In this document: positions 11,515 through 19,180 of the stretch, piece after piece
Layout of the letters: the number at the start of each line of letters is the position of its first letter
How positions within the stretch are numbered: the stretch's first letter is position 1
The notes under the pieces: model-generated
Databases searched by the model: none
What the model saw: only the letters and a program-made list of their open reading frames with translations
What the model was told of the DNA's origin: nothing
Position numbers and translations under genes: made by a program
NCBI GenBank assembly: GCA_905210995.1
Contig: CAJLZE010000003.1
Location: 1 to 56,966, forward strand
From: an uncultured Anaerotruncus sp.
Lineage (GTDB): Bacteria > Bacillota > Clostridia > Oscillospirales > CAG-272
Length of the DNA: 56,966 nt
Direction: 5' to 3'

Positions 11515-12111
11515 GGCAGTATATGTACCGTCAAAGTAGTCGGGAGGACCTTCGTATGGAGCAGACGCTTTTATTACTGCCACGGTACTTTTGAATTTCA
11601 CGCTCGCGGTTTTGCCATCAGATTTAATGTCAATGCTTTCGCCTCTCAATAATACATCAGGGCAAACGAGACGCAGCCTGTACCAATTTCCGTTCGCTCC
11701 GCGCCTTACGAGTTCAACGTCCGGTCCGCCCGGAACATGAATATCTTCCACCATACGTGCCGCAAGCTCAGGTGTCAGACATTTCTTATAATCCTCGAGT
11801 ACAAAATTACGGATATCCTCGCCGAAATACTTTTCATAGTGTTCGGTATTATTATATTCGAAATAATAGAACGTTTTCCCATTGGCATAAGGAACACCTT
11901 TTGAATCGCACTTGAATCCTACAATTCCGACTATGTTCTGACTTCCTGATACATCGTATAGAGGAACCGAAGCACGCCAAAATTGGTCATACAGATTCTT
12001 GAATGTCTTTCCGTCGAGAGGCTCGATGTCTGATTCCGCCACGGGCAGCAAAGCAAACAACATCGTCAGAATAACTATCAGTGACAATGTAAAAATGCTC
12101 TTTTTTCTCAT
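11302..12111 (-). CDS. secreted protein of unknown function with an SPETG cell-wall sorting signal (paralogue P1)
   Basis: Signal peptide MRKKSIFTLSLIVILTMLFALLPVAES. C-terminus SPETG (11422-11436) + hydrophobic AVMFAAGAVVAAAVPAAILTL + RKRRKDKERDD. Confidence 0.8.
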   Translation of the reverse strand: MRKKSIFTLSLIVILTMLFALLPVAESDIEPLDGKTFKNLYDQFWRASVPLYDVSGSQNIVGIVGFKCDSKGVPYANGKTFYYFEYNNTEHYEKYFGEDIRNFVLEDYKKCLTPELAARMVEDIHVPGGPDVELVRRGANGNWYRLRLVCPDVLLRGESIDIKSDGKTASVKFKSTVAVIKASAPYEGPPDYFDGTYTADLVYTDDGWRISGGDIFDYVRNYAATSPETGDEKGERAVMFAAGAVVAAAVPAAILTLTRKRRKDKERDD

Positions 12112-12145
12112 GGTGTTCTCTCCTTTTTGTTTGCTTTTATTTATT

Positions 12146-12265
12146 TCAGTCCTGCTCTCTGTCCTTGCGGCGCTTGCGCGCCAGTGTCACGATCGCAGCG
12201 GGAACAGCGGCGGCAACGACCGCTCCCGCGGCAAACATCACCGCACGCTCGCCCTTTTCGTCGCC
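12146..12265. repeat. sorting-signal module repeat, short copy (P2 3' end)
   Basis: About 120 nt closely similar to the 3' ends of P1/P3/P4 (TCAGTCC.GCTCT.TGTCCTTGCGGCGCTTGCGCG...CATCACCGCACGCTCGCCCTTTTCGTCGCC). Confidence 0.8.
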
Positions 12266-12985
12266 AGTCACCGGTGACGTTGCAGAATCGCCTAACGCCC
12301 ATGCAACAAAACTACACTCACCGATTTTCCATCCCGAATCAGTTTTTACAAACAAAACGCGGTAATCATTCGAAAGTTGTGTTACACCGCTCGTGCGTGT
12401 AAATATCAATGAAGCTTCCTCGCCGTTGCATCTAAAGTCACGAAAATCATGGTACGTCACAGGATTGAAACTGTCGTTCTGTGTCCCGTAGCCTTCGTAA
12501 TATTTCAGAAGTATTCCATCACTGTCATATCTGAATATCTCTATCGGTACAGCTCTTTTTTCGCGCGGGTGATGGAAGTTTGTCATTTCATCTGCAATAT
12601 TATCGACATAATATTGTTTTGCGTACTCTTTCCAAGCATCTACGGTTAAATACTTGCATTCAGGATCAAGGTCAAGATAATTATAGCTTTTTTTCCATTG
12701 ACCGTTCTTGCTATACGACTCCCCTGATGTTGAAGTACTGAAAGCACGCACATTATCTTCACGTATCGTATAACTCCCGTCCGCCCCCATATCCTTAACA
12801 ACATTATACATATGCTGAAATTCGTCAAACGGGTGTTGGATGTGCGACATACATTCACGCGCATTTTTGAATATATCCAACGCATCATCATATGTCAGTG
12901 CGACTGATTCGGCTTTTACACCAACACACACGCAAGTGAATAGAAGAACTATGCTCATTGCCGCTGCTATGATCATCTTTTTCAT
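12146..12985 (-). CDS. secreted protein of unknown function with an SPVTG cell-wall sorting signal (paralogue P2)
   Basis: ORF 12146..12991 (TTG). ATG at 12985 follows GAGG. Has a signal peptide. SPVTG at 12263-12277 + TM + RKRRKDREQD. The mature domain is AT-rich. Confidence 0.8.
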   Translation of the reverse strand: MKKMIIAAAMSIVLLFTCVCVGVKAESVALTYDDALDIFKNARECMSHIQHPFDEFQHMYNVVKDMGADGSYTIREDNVRAFSTSTSGESYSKNGQWKKSYNYLDLDPECKYLTVDAWKEYAKQYYVDNIADEMTNFHHPREKRAVPIEIFRYDSDGILLKYYEGYGTQNDSFNPVTYHDFRDFRCNGEEASLIFTRTSGVTQLSNDYRVLFVKTDSGWKIGECSFVAWALGDSATSPVTGDEKGERAVMFAAGAVVAAAVPAAIVTLARKRRKDREQD

Positions 12986-13124
12986 TTTCAAATTACCTCA
13001 CCACTACGATTCAAGATACCGAAATACTATCCAGTGACTAACTGAATCATATATTTCATTCTCTCCTTTTGTTTGTTTTTGTGTCTTATAATATTTTTGT
13101 GACTTATAATATTATATATTTAAT

Positions 13125-13334
13125 TCAGTCCCGCTCTTTGTCCTTGCGGCGCTTGCGCGTCAGAGTTAAGATCGCTGCGGGAACGACGGCGGCAACGACC
13201 GCTCCTGCGGCAAACATCACCGCACGCTCGCCCTTTTCGTCGCCCGTTTCGGGCGATGTGGCTGCGTAATTGCGGACATAGTCAAAAATATCTCCGCCGG
13301 ATATGCGCCAACCGTCGTCGGTATATACGAGGTC
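13125..13334. repeat. sorting-signal module repeat, long copy (P3 3' end)
   Basis: See 11302-11514. Confidence 0.85.
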
Positions 13335-13985
13335 AACGGTGCAATCCATTTTTATTTCTTTATCGTTTGGATACTTTATTATGATATCCGCCCTTCTCTC
13401 AAGATCAATAACCCCGACGTTTGCATTGCATTTGACCTCCGCATTTTTTCCGTCAACACGTATACTGTCCACCCTGCTCACAAATAGTATCGGCTGTATC
13501 AGGAACAGCTTATACCACTTTCCGTCGCTCTCCTGACGTGTGAGTTCGACATCCGGTCCGCCCTCAACGTGATAATCCTCGGTAAGCCGATCCGCCAATT
13601 CGGGAGTCAGACAGCTCCTCAGTTCCTCCGCAGCTTCGGCACGCACCTTACTAATATCTATAGTGCTGCTTCTGCTGTAATCGATATAGTAATAACTTTT
13701 ACCGTTTGCGTATGCAACACCATGTGAATCACATCTGAACAGCTTTACCGGATAGGGGACTTGCGATGTATTCAAATGAAACAAAGTAAAAGCACTGGGA
13801 GAATTGAAAACTTTAAGCATCAACTCTTTAAACACTGTTTCGGTCAGTTCATCAACCTTAGTTTCCGCATCAGCCGCTCCTACGGAAAGCACGGTACCGG
13901 CAGCAAGCAAGACAAAAACAAGCAAAATCGAAAGCAGTCTGAGTTTTACGGCGTGTAAACGTGTGAAAATGCGTTCTCTTTTCAT
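13125..13985 (-). CDS. secreted protein of unknown function with an SPETG cell-wall sorting signal (paralogue P3, homologous to P1)
   Basis: Signal peptide MKRERIFTRLHAVKLRLLSILLVFVLLAAGTVLSVGAADA. SPETG at 13242-13256 + TM + RKRRKDKERD. The mature part aligns with P1 (CLTPELA..., GGPDVEL, VYTDDGWRISGGDIFDYVRNY). Confidence 0.8.
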   Translation of the reverse strand: MKRERIFTRLHAVKLRLLSILLVFVLLAAGTVLSVGAADAETKVDELTETVFKELMLKVFNSPSAFTLFHLNTSQVPYPVKLFRCDSHGVAYANGKSYYYIDYSRSSTIDISKVRAEAAEELRSCLTPELADRLTEDYHVEGGPDVELTRQESDGKWYKLFLIQPILFVSRVDSIRVDGKNAEVKCNANVGVIDLERRADIIIKYPNDKEIKMDCTVDLVYTDDGWRISGGDIFDYVRNYAATSPETGDEKGERAVMFAAGAVVAAVVPAAILTLTRKRRKDKERD

Positions 13986-14005
13986 GGTGTTCTCTCCTTT
14001 TGTTT
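13930..14005. repeat. 5' module repeat (signal-peptide n-region + RBS), P3 copy
   Basis: GAAAGCAGTCTGAGTTTTACGG(C/T)GTGTAAACGTGTGAAAATGCGTTCTCTTTTCATGGTGTTCTCTCCTTTTGTTTG is shared with 15028-15104. Confidence 0.8.
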
Positions 14006-14018
14006 GCTTTTATTTATT

Positions 14019-14150
14019 TCAGTCCCGCTCTCTGTCCTTGCGGCGCTTGCGCGTCAGAGTTAAGATCGCAGCGGGGACGGCGGCAGCAACGACCGCTCCT
14101 GCGGCAAACATCACCGCACGCTCGCCCTTTTCGTCGCCCGTTTCGGGGCT
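14019..14150. repeat. sorting-signal module repeat, short copy (P4 3' end)
   Basis: About 130 nt near-identical to the P1/P3 3' ends. The upstream junction 13979-14025 also matches 12107-12150. Confidence 0.8.
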
Positions 14151-15083
14151 TTTGCCAAGGCGTTGTGCGTATATGGCAAGTCTGCGTGCAATCTCTGCCG
14201 AGTCCTCGTCACTTTCACTTATATAAGCATAATCATTTCCGTAGGAGGATTCGCCGTACTTCGCCGCAAAAGTGAGAAAGCTGTAGTAATCATACCAATA
14301 CTCGTCCGAATAGTTCCATGTTTCAAGGGTTTCGATAGAAGCATCCAGTACGTATCCGTACGAGACAAAGAGGTCCTTACGCATCATCCACATTTCCTCG
14401 TTGTCATGTTGGTATGAAATGAATTTTTCGGCTTTCGGGGTATCTGAGGCAAATGCTACCGGATTTATCACCAGTCCCGGCTCCAAAAACGTTTCCATGG
14501 CAACTCTGCCGTCATCGCTGTATATAGCATCGGCAAATATCTTCACAGCCTCATCGAGTGAAAAGCGCTTATCCCCTAAAGGACCTTCTTCCGTCCGTGA
14601 TATAATGTAGTCTCTGAATAGGCTTTCGAATTCGGCACGCGGTATGTCATATTATCTGACGTAATAATACACCAGCGGCATACCGGTCTTCAGAAATTCG
14701 GTGTAATAAAAATCAGATATTTCCTTTCCCTCGGCGGTCAGATACTCGTTTGCGTTTTTGTACTTATCGCGGGGATATAAATATTCGAGACAATAATAGT
14801 ATGCGCTGTGGCAATACACCGGAGCCCCTTTATACGACCATGTAAAGTAGCCGCCTTGCATATACGAAAGAAATTTATCCTTTCTTGAAACAAGACCCGC
14901 GTATTCAAGTTTGGCAGGGTCTCCGGTGCGTGAGGTCGCACTTCCGGTCACAGCAAATGCACTCAAAACAATGCTTACAGCAAGGATCATGAGTAAAACA
15001 GCTTCAGATATTTTCATCGCCTTATTTGAAAGCAGTCTGAGTTTTACGGTGTGTAAACGTGTGAAAATGCGTTCTCTTTTCAT
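14019..15083 (-). pseudogene. fourth SPETG-anchored paralogue (P4) interrupted by one in-frame TAA
   Basis: ORFs 14652..15128 (signal peptide, no anchor) and 14019..14546 (anchor, no signal peptide) are in the same frame (1110 nt = 370 codons). A single TAA at 14652-14654 separates them, and the sequence between them stays open. Confidence 0.75.
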
Positions 15084-15104
15084 GGTGTTCTCTCCTTTTG
15101 TTTG
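15028..15104. repeat. 5' module repeat (signal-peptide n-region + RBS), P4 copy
   Basis: See 13930-14005. Confidence 0.8.
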
Positions 15105-15202
15105 TTTTTTATCTTTACAGAACCGCATGCGGCTCTGCGAAGTGCTTACTGCTTCCGGTCGTTACGTTCCGGCGCGGGGCGTGCGCCGTGCGCTCACATT
15201 TT

Positions 15203-15946
15203 TTATTTTACGGCAGCGCGGGATATGCGCACGTTTATCTCATCGAGATATGAGTCGGCATCCGCGTCGGCGAGCACAGGCAGATCGGCCGCTGCGGTGC
15301 CGTCATGCGCCGTGAGCACTATATGACGATATTTTGTTCTGCCCTCGTACAGCGACGAACCGGCATCGGTGTCGGCGTATGCGGCGGATGCAAGGTCGGA
15401 ATAGGCGATCTCACGGAAGAGCTCATCGGCACGGTCCTCGGTGAGGCTCACGCGGCGCTCGCCTATACAGATCGCCCCAGGCTTCAGCATAAAGCCCGAA
15501 AGCGAATATACCGACGAACGTTCTCTGCCGTCGTTCCCCTTTTTGAAGAGCGCCGAGGGATCGTCGAAAAAGTATGTACCGAAAAACACGGGATCGGTGT
15601 GGTGGTCCTCGCTCGCACCGCCGTAGCGATGTTCGTTCCTATATTTTATAACGTCTGTATTAATAAATTTGTGACAAAAATCGACGCGAAACGGCTCCGA
15701 AAGTGCCTGAGCGCACTCGTCAAGCTCGGAATCCTTTATCCTCACTGCGGATATTGCGACCGCAAGCACAACGCCCGCCGCGAGTATCGGAAAACCGATG
15801 ATGCGCATAAGCCCGCGCGGCAGACCGCTCGTGCTTGCAAGGAATATGACCATGATAAAACCGACCGCAATGAGCGCCGCGGCAATGACTATCGGGTATG
15901 TTGTGTTTTTCTGTTCAAAATACTTCCGGGTGCGTTGATAATTCAT
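15203..15946 (-). CDS. membrane protein of unknown function (2 TM + cytoplasmic domain)
   Basis: 247 aa with two N-terminal hydrophobic helices (YPIVIAAALIAVGFIMVIFLA, IIGFPILAAGVVLAVAISAV). I recognise no motif. Confidence 0.6.
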   Translation of the reverse strand: MNYQRTRKYFEQKNTTYPIVIAAALIAVGFIMVIFLASTSGLPRGLMRIIGFPILAAGVVLAVAISAVRIKDSELDECAQALSEPFRVDFCHKFINTDVIKYRNEHRYGGASEDHHTDPVFFGTYFFDDPSALFKKGNDGRERSSVYSLSGFMLKPGAICIGERRVSLTEDRADELFREIAYSDLASAAYADTDAGSSLYEGRTKYRHIVLTAHDGTAAADLPVLADADADSYLDEINVRISRAAVK

Positions 15947-16036
15947 AAAATGTGCCTCGCTGCGCTGATTACCCGCTCTATTATATAATACGGATAATAT
16001 CGCTTTTTTTCTTCAACTTTTTTTATTTTTTTCGAT

Positions 16037-16639
16037 TTATTTTTTCAGAGGCTCGACAACGAGCACTCCGCCCTCGCTCACCGACACGACTCTGACATAA
16101 ACGCCTGTTCTGAGCGCGCTGTCTCCCGTCGTTATCGCGGGGAATTCGCAGAATTTCTCCTGAAGGGTGATCGTCACCTTGCCCGAGCCTTCTCCGTTAG
16201 CGGGCACCGGAATATATATCTGCGCCACCTTGCCGATGGCGTTGGATATGTCGATATTTCCCGACGACTGCAGCTTATACACGCCCCTCATGAGGAACGC
16301 GATACCGACAAGTGCCGCAACGCCCGCAGCCACGGCGATAAGGATTGCCAGCCAGTCGGGCATAGATGTCTCAAGAAGCGCGACTCCGAGCCAACCCGTT
16401 ATGCAGAGCATCGAGAGGATGCCGCGCATGGAAAACAGCGAAAGCCCGTCGTCAACGGCTGCCGCGGCGTCGATATCCGAATCGGGTATGCCGTCGCCGT
16501 CTATGTCCTCCGGCACGTCGTCTCCGCCTATGCCGATAAGCTGTATCACCGTCTGGATGATGAGCAGCGCGGTCGAGGGGATGGCAATTAGCGCAAATAT
16601 CTGCTGCGCGAGTTCAAGTCCGTTCCACCAGTTTATCAT
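16037..16639 (-). CDS. NfeD-like membrane protein (YuaF-type, C-terminal OB-fold)
   Basis: Three TM helices, an acidic loop (DDVPEDIDGDGIPDSDID), and a C-terminal GKVAQIYIPVPANGEGSGKVTITLQEKFCEFPAITT...VRVVSVSEGGVLVVEPL typical of the NfeD OB domain. Confidence 0.7.
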   Translation of the reverse strand: MINWWNGLELAQQIFALIAIPSTALLIIQTVIQLIGIGGDDVPEDIDGDGIPDSDIDAAAAVDDGLSLFSMRGILSMLCITGWLGVALLETSMPDWLAILIAVAAGVAALVGIAFLMRGVYKLQSSGNIDISNAIGKVAQIYIPVPANGEGSGKVTITLQEKFCEFPAITTGDSALRTGVYVRVVSVSEGGVLVVEPLKK

Positions 16640-16721
16640 AATGAAAATGCCTTGCCTTTCTCATCCGGCAGCGGCGCACAGCCCGCCGGACATAAAATTC
16701 GATGATCGTGCGGCTCTGCCT

Positions 16722-17306
16722 TCATGCCTGCATGAGGCGGTCCACCATTGCGTCGGAGCCGCTCTTGATGATCGACGCATAGTAGGCGATGACTATGATC
16801 TCAAGCGCAGTGTTGAGCCTTCTGCGCGCACCGCTTATCTTTTCTTCATAGTCGGAGGTCACGCGCTCTATGCACTCCTTCAGCGTTTGCTCGTCGGTCT
16901 CGCCGTCGGCGTTCATAAGCTCGTCGAGTATGCGGCAGATGTAGTCGTAAAGCAGCGAATCGCGGATGATATCGTCCGAACGGTCGTAAACGCGCCCGTT
17001 GATATATGAGATAAGAAAAGCGATCTTGTCGAGCTGCATGCACGACCGCAGCATATTGATAATAAGTATATGCGCCAGTTGATCTATATCGTACTTTTTC
17101 AGCTTTGCGTTCGCCACCCATCCGCGCTTTGTCCAGTTCTGAAGGGTCGAGCCGTCAATGCCCGATATCTCCCTGATCTGCGACAGCATTATGCCGTCCT
17201 GAATGTAGAATATTTTTTTGAGGAACTCCATTCCCGTGACGTTTCCCATGGTGTCCCGTCTCAGTACCGTGCCGGGAATATACACGTCGTTGATCTGAAG
17301 GTTCAT
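16722..17306 (-). CDS. DUF1836-like protein (putative HTH)
   Basis: 194 aa. The segment MLSQIREISGIDGSTLQNWTKRGWVANAKLKKYDIDQLAHILIINMLR matches my memory of the DUF1836 family signature. Confidence 0.5.
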   Translation of the reverse strand: MNLQINDVYIPGTVLRRDTMGNVTGMEFLKKIFYIQDGIMLSQIREISGIDGSTLQNWTKRGWVANAKLKKYDIDQLAHILIINMLRSCMQLDKIAFLISYINGRVYDRSDDIIRDSLLYDYICRILDELMNADGETDEQTLKECIERVTSDYEEKISGARRRLNTALEIIVIAYYASIIKSGSDAMVDRLMQA

Positions 17307-17340
17307 ATCTTTCTGCCTCCGTGAATATTGCAGTGATTTT

Positions 17341-17369
17341 ATTATATCATACAGTCACGCGATTGTCAA
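17341..17369 (-). promoter_or_regulatory. consensus sigma-A promoter for the DUF1836-NfeD-...-flotillin operon
   Basis: Minus-sense TTGACA (17364-17369), exact 17-nt spacer, TATAAT (17341-17346), about 35 nt upstream of the ATG at 17306. Confidence 0.7.
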
Positions 17370-17409
17370 CGGAAATTCGCTGATATCCGCATCATTTTTG
17401 AAATTTGGC

Positions 17410-17457
17410 AAAAATATCGAACCGGCTGCCGCACCAACGTGCACCAGCCGGTTCGAT
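17410..17457 (-). terminator. intrinsic terminator of the HAD hydrolase gene
   Basis: Minus-sense TCGAACCGGCTG-loop-CAGCCGGTTCGA followed by TATTTTTGCC. Confidence 0.75.
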
Positions 17458-17461
17458 CGTG

Positions 17462-18106
17462 TTATACACCGAAAAGCGGCGCAAGCTCCGAGAGCGTTCG
17501 CACCTCGGCATCCGGCTGCATATCCGCATCGACGGGCGAAAAAAGGCAGAACTGCCCCGTGCGCACTCTGACGGTCATCATGCCGAGCGCGCGCGCGGGC
17601 TTTATGTCGTTATCGGGACGGTCACCCACCATCACCGCGCGCTGCGGCTCGCAGCCCGCTTTTTCGAGCGCGAGCAGAAAAATTGCGGGATCCGGCTTTT
17701 CGATCCCCACATCGGCACTTGATATCACAAGAGATATATAAGAGTCGAGCCCGAAACGGTGAAGCCGCTCTGCGGCTCCCGGGAGCTGATTGGCTATCAC
17801 CCCGAGCCTGTATTTTGCCGAAAGTCTGTCAAGCGTCTCCGCTGCGTCGGGATACGGCTTTTCGCACTCTCCGGTATACGGTACATATTTTGCGCCTATC
17901 CTGCGGCAGGCGCGGGAAAACGGCGGTCTGCCCTCGGCACCGAGTCTGTATGTAAGCTCTTCGAACTCGTCAACGCCGATCTCCTTTCCGCCATGCTCAG
18001 CAGCCTCGGCTATTGCAACAGCTGCGCGGCGGCGGTGCTCGTCCGACTCATCCACAAGGGTAAACCCCATGTCAAAAAATATCCACTCCGCATTTCTGAG
18101 ATCCAT
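17462..18106 (-). CDS. HAD-superfamily hydrolase
   Basis: N-terminal FFDMGFTLV (motif I-like) and C-terminal MVGDRPDNDI (motif IV). 214 aa. Confidence 0.7.
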   Translation of the reverse strand: MDLRNAEWIFFDMGFTLVDESDEHRRRAAVAIAEAAEHGGKEIGVDEFEELTYRLGAEGRPPFSRACRRIGAKYVPYTGECEKPYPDAAETLDRLSAKYRLGVIANQLPGAAERLHRFGLDSYISLVISSADVGIEKPDPAIFLLALEKAGCEPQRAVMVGDRPDNDIKPARALGMMTVRVRTGQFCLFSPVDADMQPDAEVRTLSELAPLFGV

Positions 18107-18202
18107 CGGTACTGTAATACTCCTGTCGTTTTTTGATTATCATTATTGTAGCACAGACTGCTGCAAATTTCAACAGCGCGGCGCACCGCGCGGGAGGAAA
18201 AT

Positions 18203-18817
18203 ATGCGGGACGGATTTCTGAAGATCGGGCTTTTGCCGGCAATACTGATATTGATAATGATCGCATTCGAGCCTCCCGGAGTATCGCTGCCCTCCCTCAC
18301 CGCAGCGGTGATACACGAGTGCGGCCATCTGTTCGCGGCGCGGCTGCTGAAAATAGAGCTGCGTTCGCTTGACATCGGACCGCTCGGCGCGACCATAAGA
18401 ACGCGCGGCTCGCTGATATCATACGGATGTGAATGGCTGCTCTGCGCCGCGGGACCGGCAGCCAATCTCGCCTCCGGAGCCGCAGCATACATGATCTTTC
18501 ACGGGTCGGAAAGATTCACACCGGGCGGCACGGCGTTCGGCTTCTGCTCTGTTTCGCTCATGCTCGCGTTGCTGAACCTTCTGCCCGTCGAAGGTTTTGA
18601 CGGCGGAAGGATGCTTTACGCCGCTGTCGGGAGTCTTGCGGGACCGCGCGCCGCACGCGGTCTGCTCTCCTTCTGCTCGGTCATCTCACTTTGCGGACTG
18701 TGGATGCTCTCCGTCTATCTGCTGCTCAGATGGGGGGCGTCTTTGTCGCTTTTCATATTTTCGGCATCGGTGTTCTGCCGTATTTTCATTGAATCCGACG
18801 AACACGGCGGCATATAA
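18203..18817 (+). CDS. site-2 protease family (M50) metallopeptidase
   Basis: HECGH (HExxH) within a TM segment and LNLLPVEGFDGG (NxxPxxxxDG motif). Multi-TM, no CBS domain. Confidence 0.7.
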   Translation: MRDGFLKIGLLPAILILIMIAFEPPGVSLPSLTAAVIHECGHLFAARLLKIELRSLDIGPLGATIRTRGSLISYGCEWLLCAAGPAANLASGAAAYMIFHGSERFTPGGTAFGFCSVSLMLALLNLLPVEGFDGGRMLYAAVGSLAGPRAARGLLSFCSVISLCGLWMLSVYLLLRWGASLSLFIFSASVFCRIFIESDEHGGI

Positions 18818-18982
18818 GAGCACTAGGTAATATTTATCAGAGGAATTTTGAGAACCGCAGAGGATTTTTGAGTTTTTTTGAGATTTTGCGGGTCTCGTTC
18901 GGTTTTTTGCGGGTTTTCGCGGGAAGATTCGGGTATATTTCAGATTTTTTCGATTTTTTCTGCGTTTTTTTTGAAAATACTA

Positions 18983-19011
18983 TTGCATTTCGACTCATTA
19001 TCTGCTACAAT
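18983..19011 (+). promoter_or_regulatory. sigma-A promoter upstream of the potABCD leader
   Basis: TTGCAT (18983-18988), 17-nt spacer, TGcTACAAT extended -10 (TACAAT at 19006-19011). Confidence 0.6.
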
Positions 19012-19180
19012 ATGGGCGGAAAACGAGGTACGCAGGTACACACGGCTTTTTTACAAACCGCCAAGGCTCGGATAGCGTCCGCAACGGTCGCCCTCTCGGT
19101 GCCCTCGCGGTTTGTATTGCTTTTTTCCGTTGTGTGACATAGACCCGTTCCGAATTTTTTACACAAAGGAAAGTATCGGA
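19012..19180 (+). promoter_or_regulatory. structured ~160-nt 5' leader of potA with a terminator-like element
   Basis: CAAACCGC (19054-19061) pairs with GCGGTTTG (19107-19114), followed by TATTGCTTTTTT. GGCGG (19015-19019) can alternatively pair with CCGCC (19058-19062). Confidence 0.3.

Noticed and set aside
9804-11594. 596-aa ORF on the plus strand
   Set aside because: It is entirely antisense to the flotillin gene and the 3' end of P1. Its translation is low-complexity (R/G/L-rich), with no RBS or recognisable motif. This is the expected stop-free mirror frame of GC-rich Ala/Glu-rich coding sequence.
18868-19137. 89-aa and 65-aa plus-strand ORFs upstream of potA
   Set aside because: They lie in T-tract/promoter/leader DNA, their translation is Phe-rich low complexity, and they have no RBS. 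They overlap the predicted promoter and leader structure.
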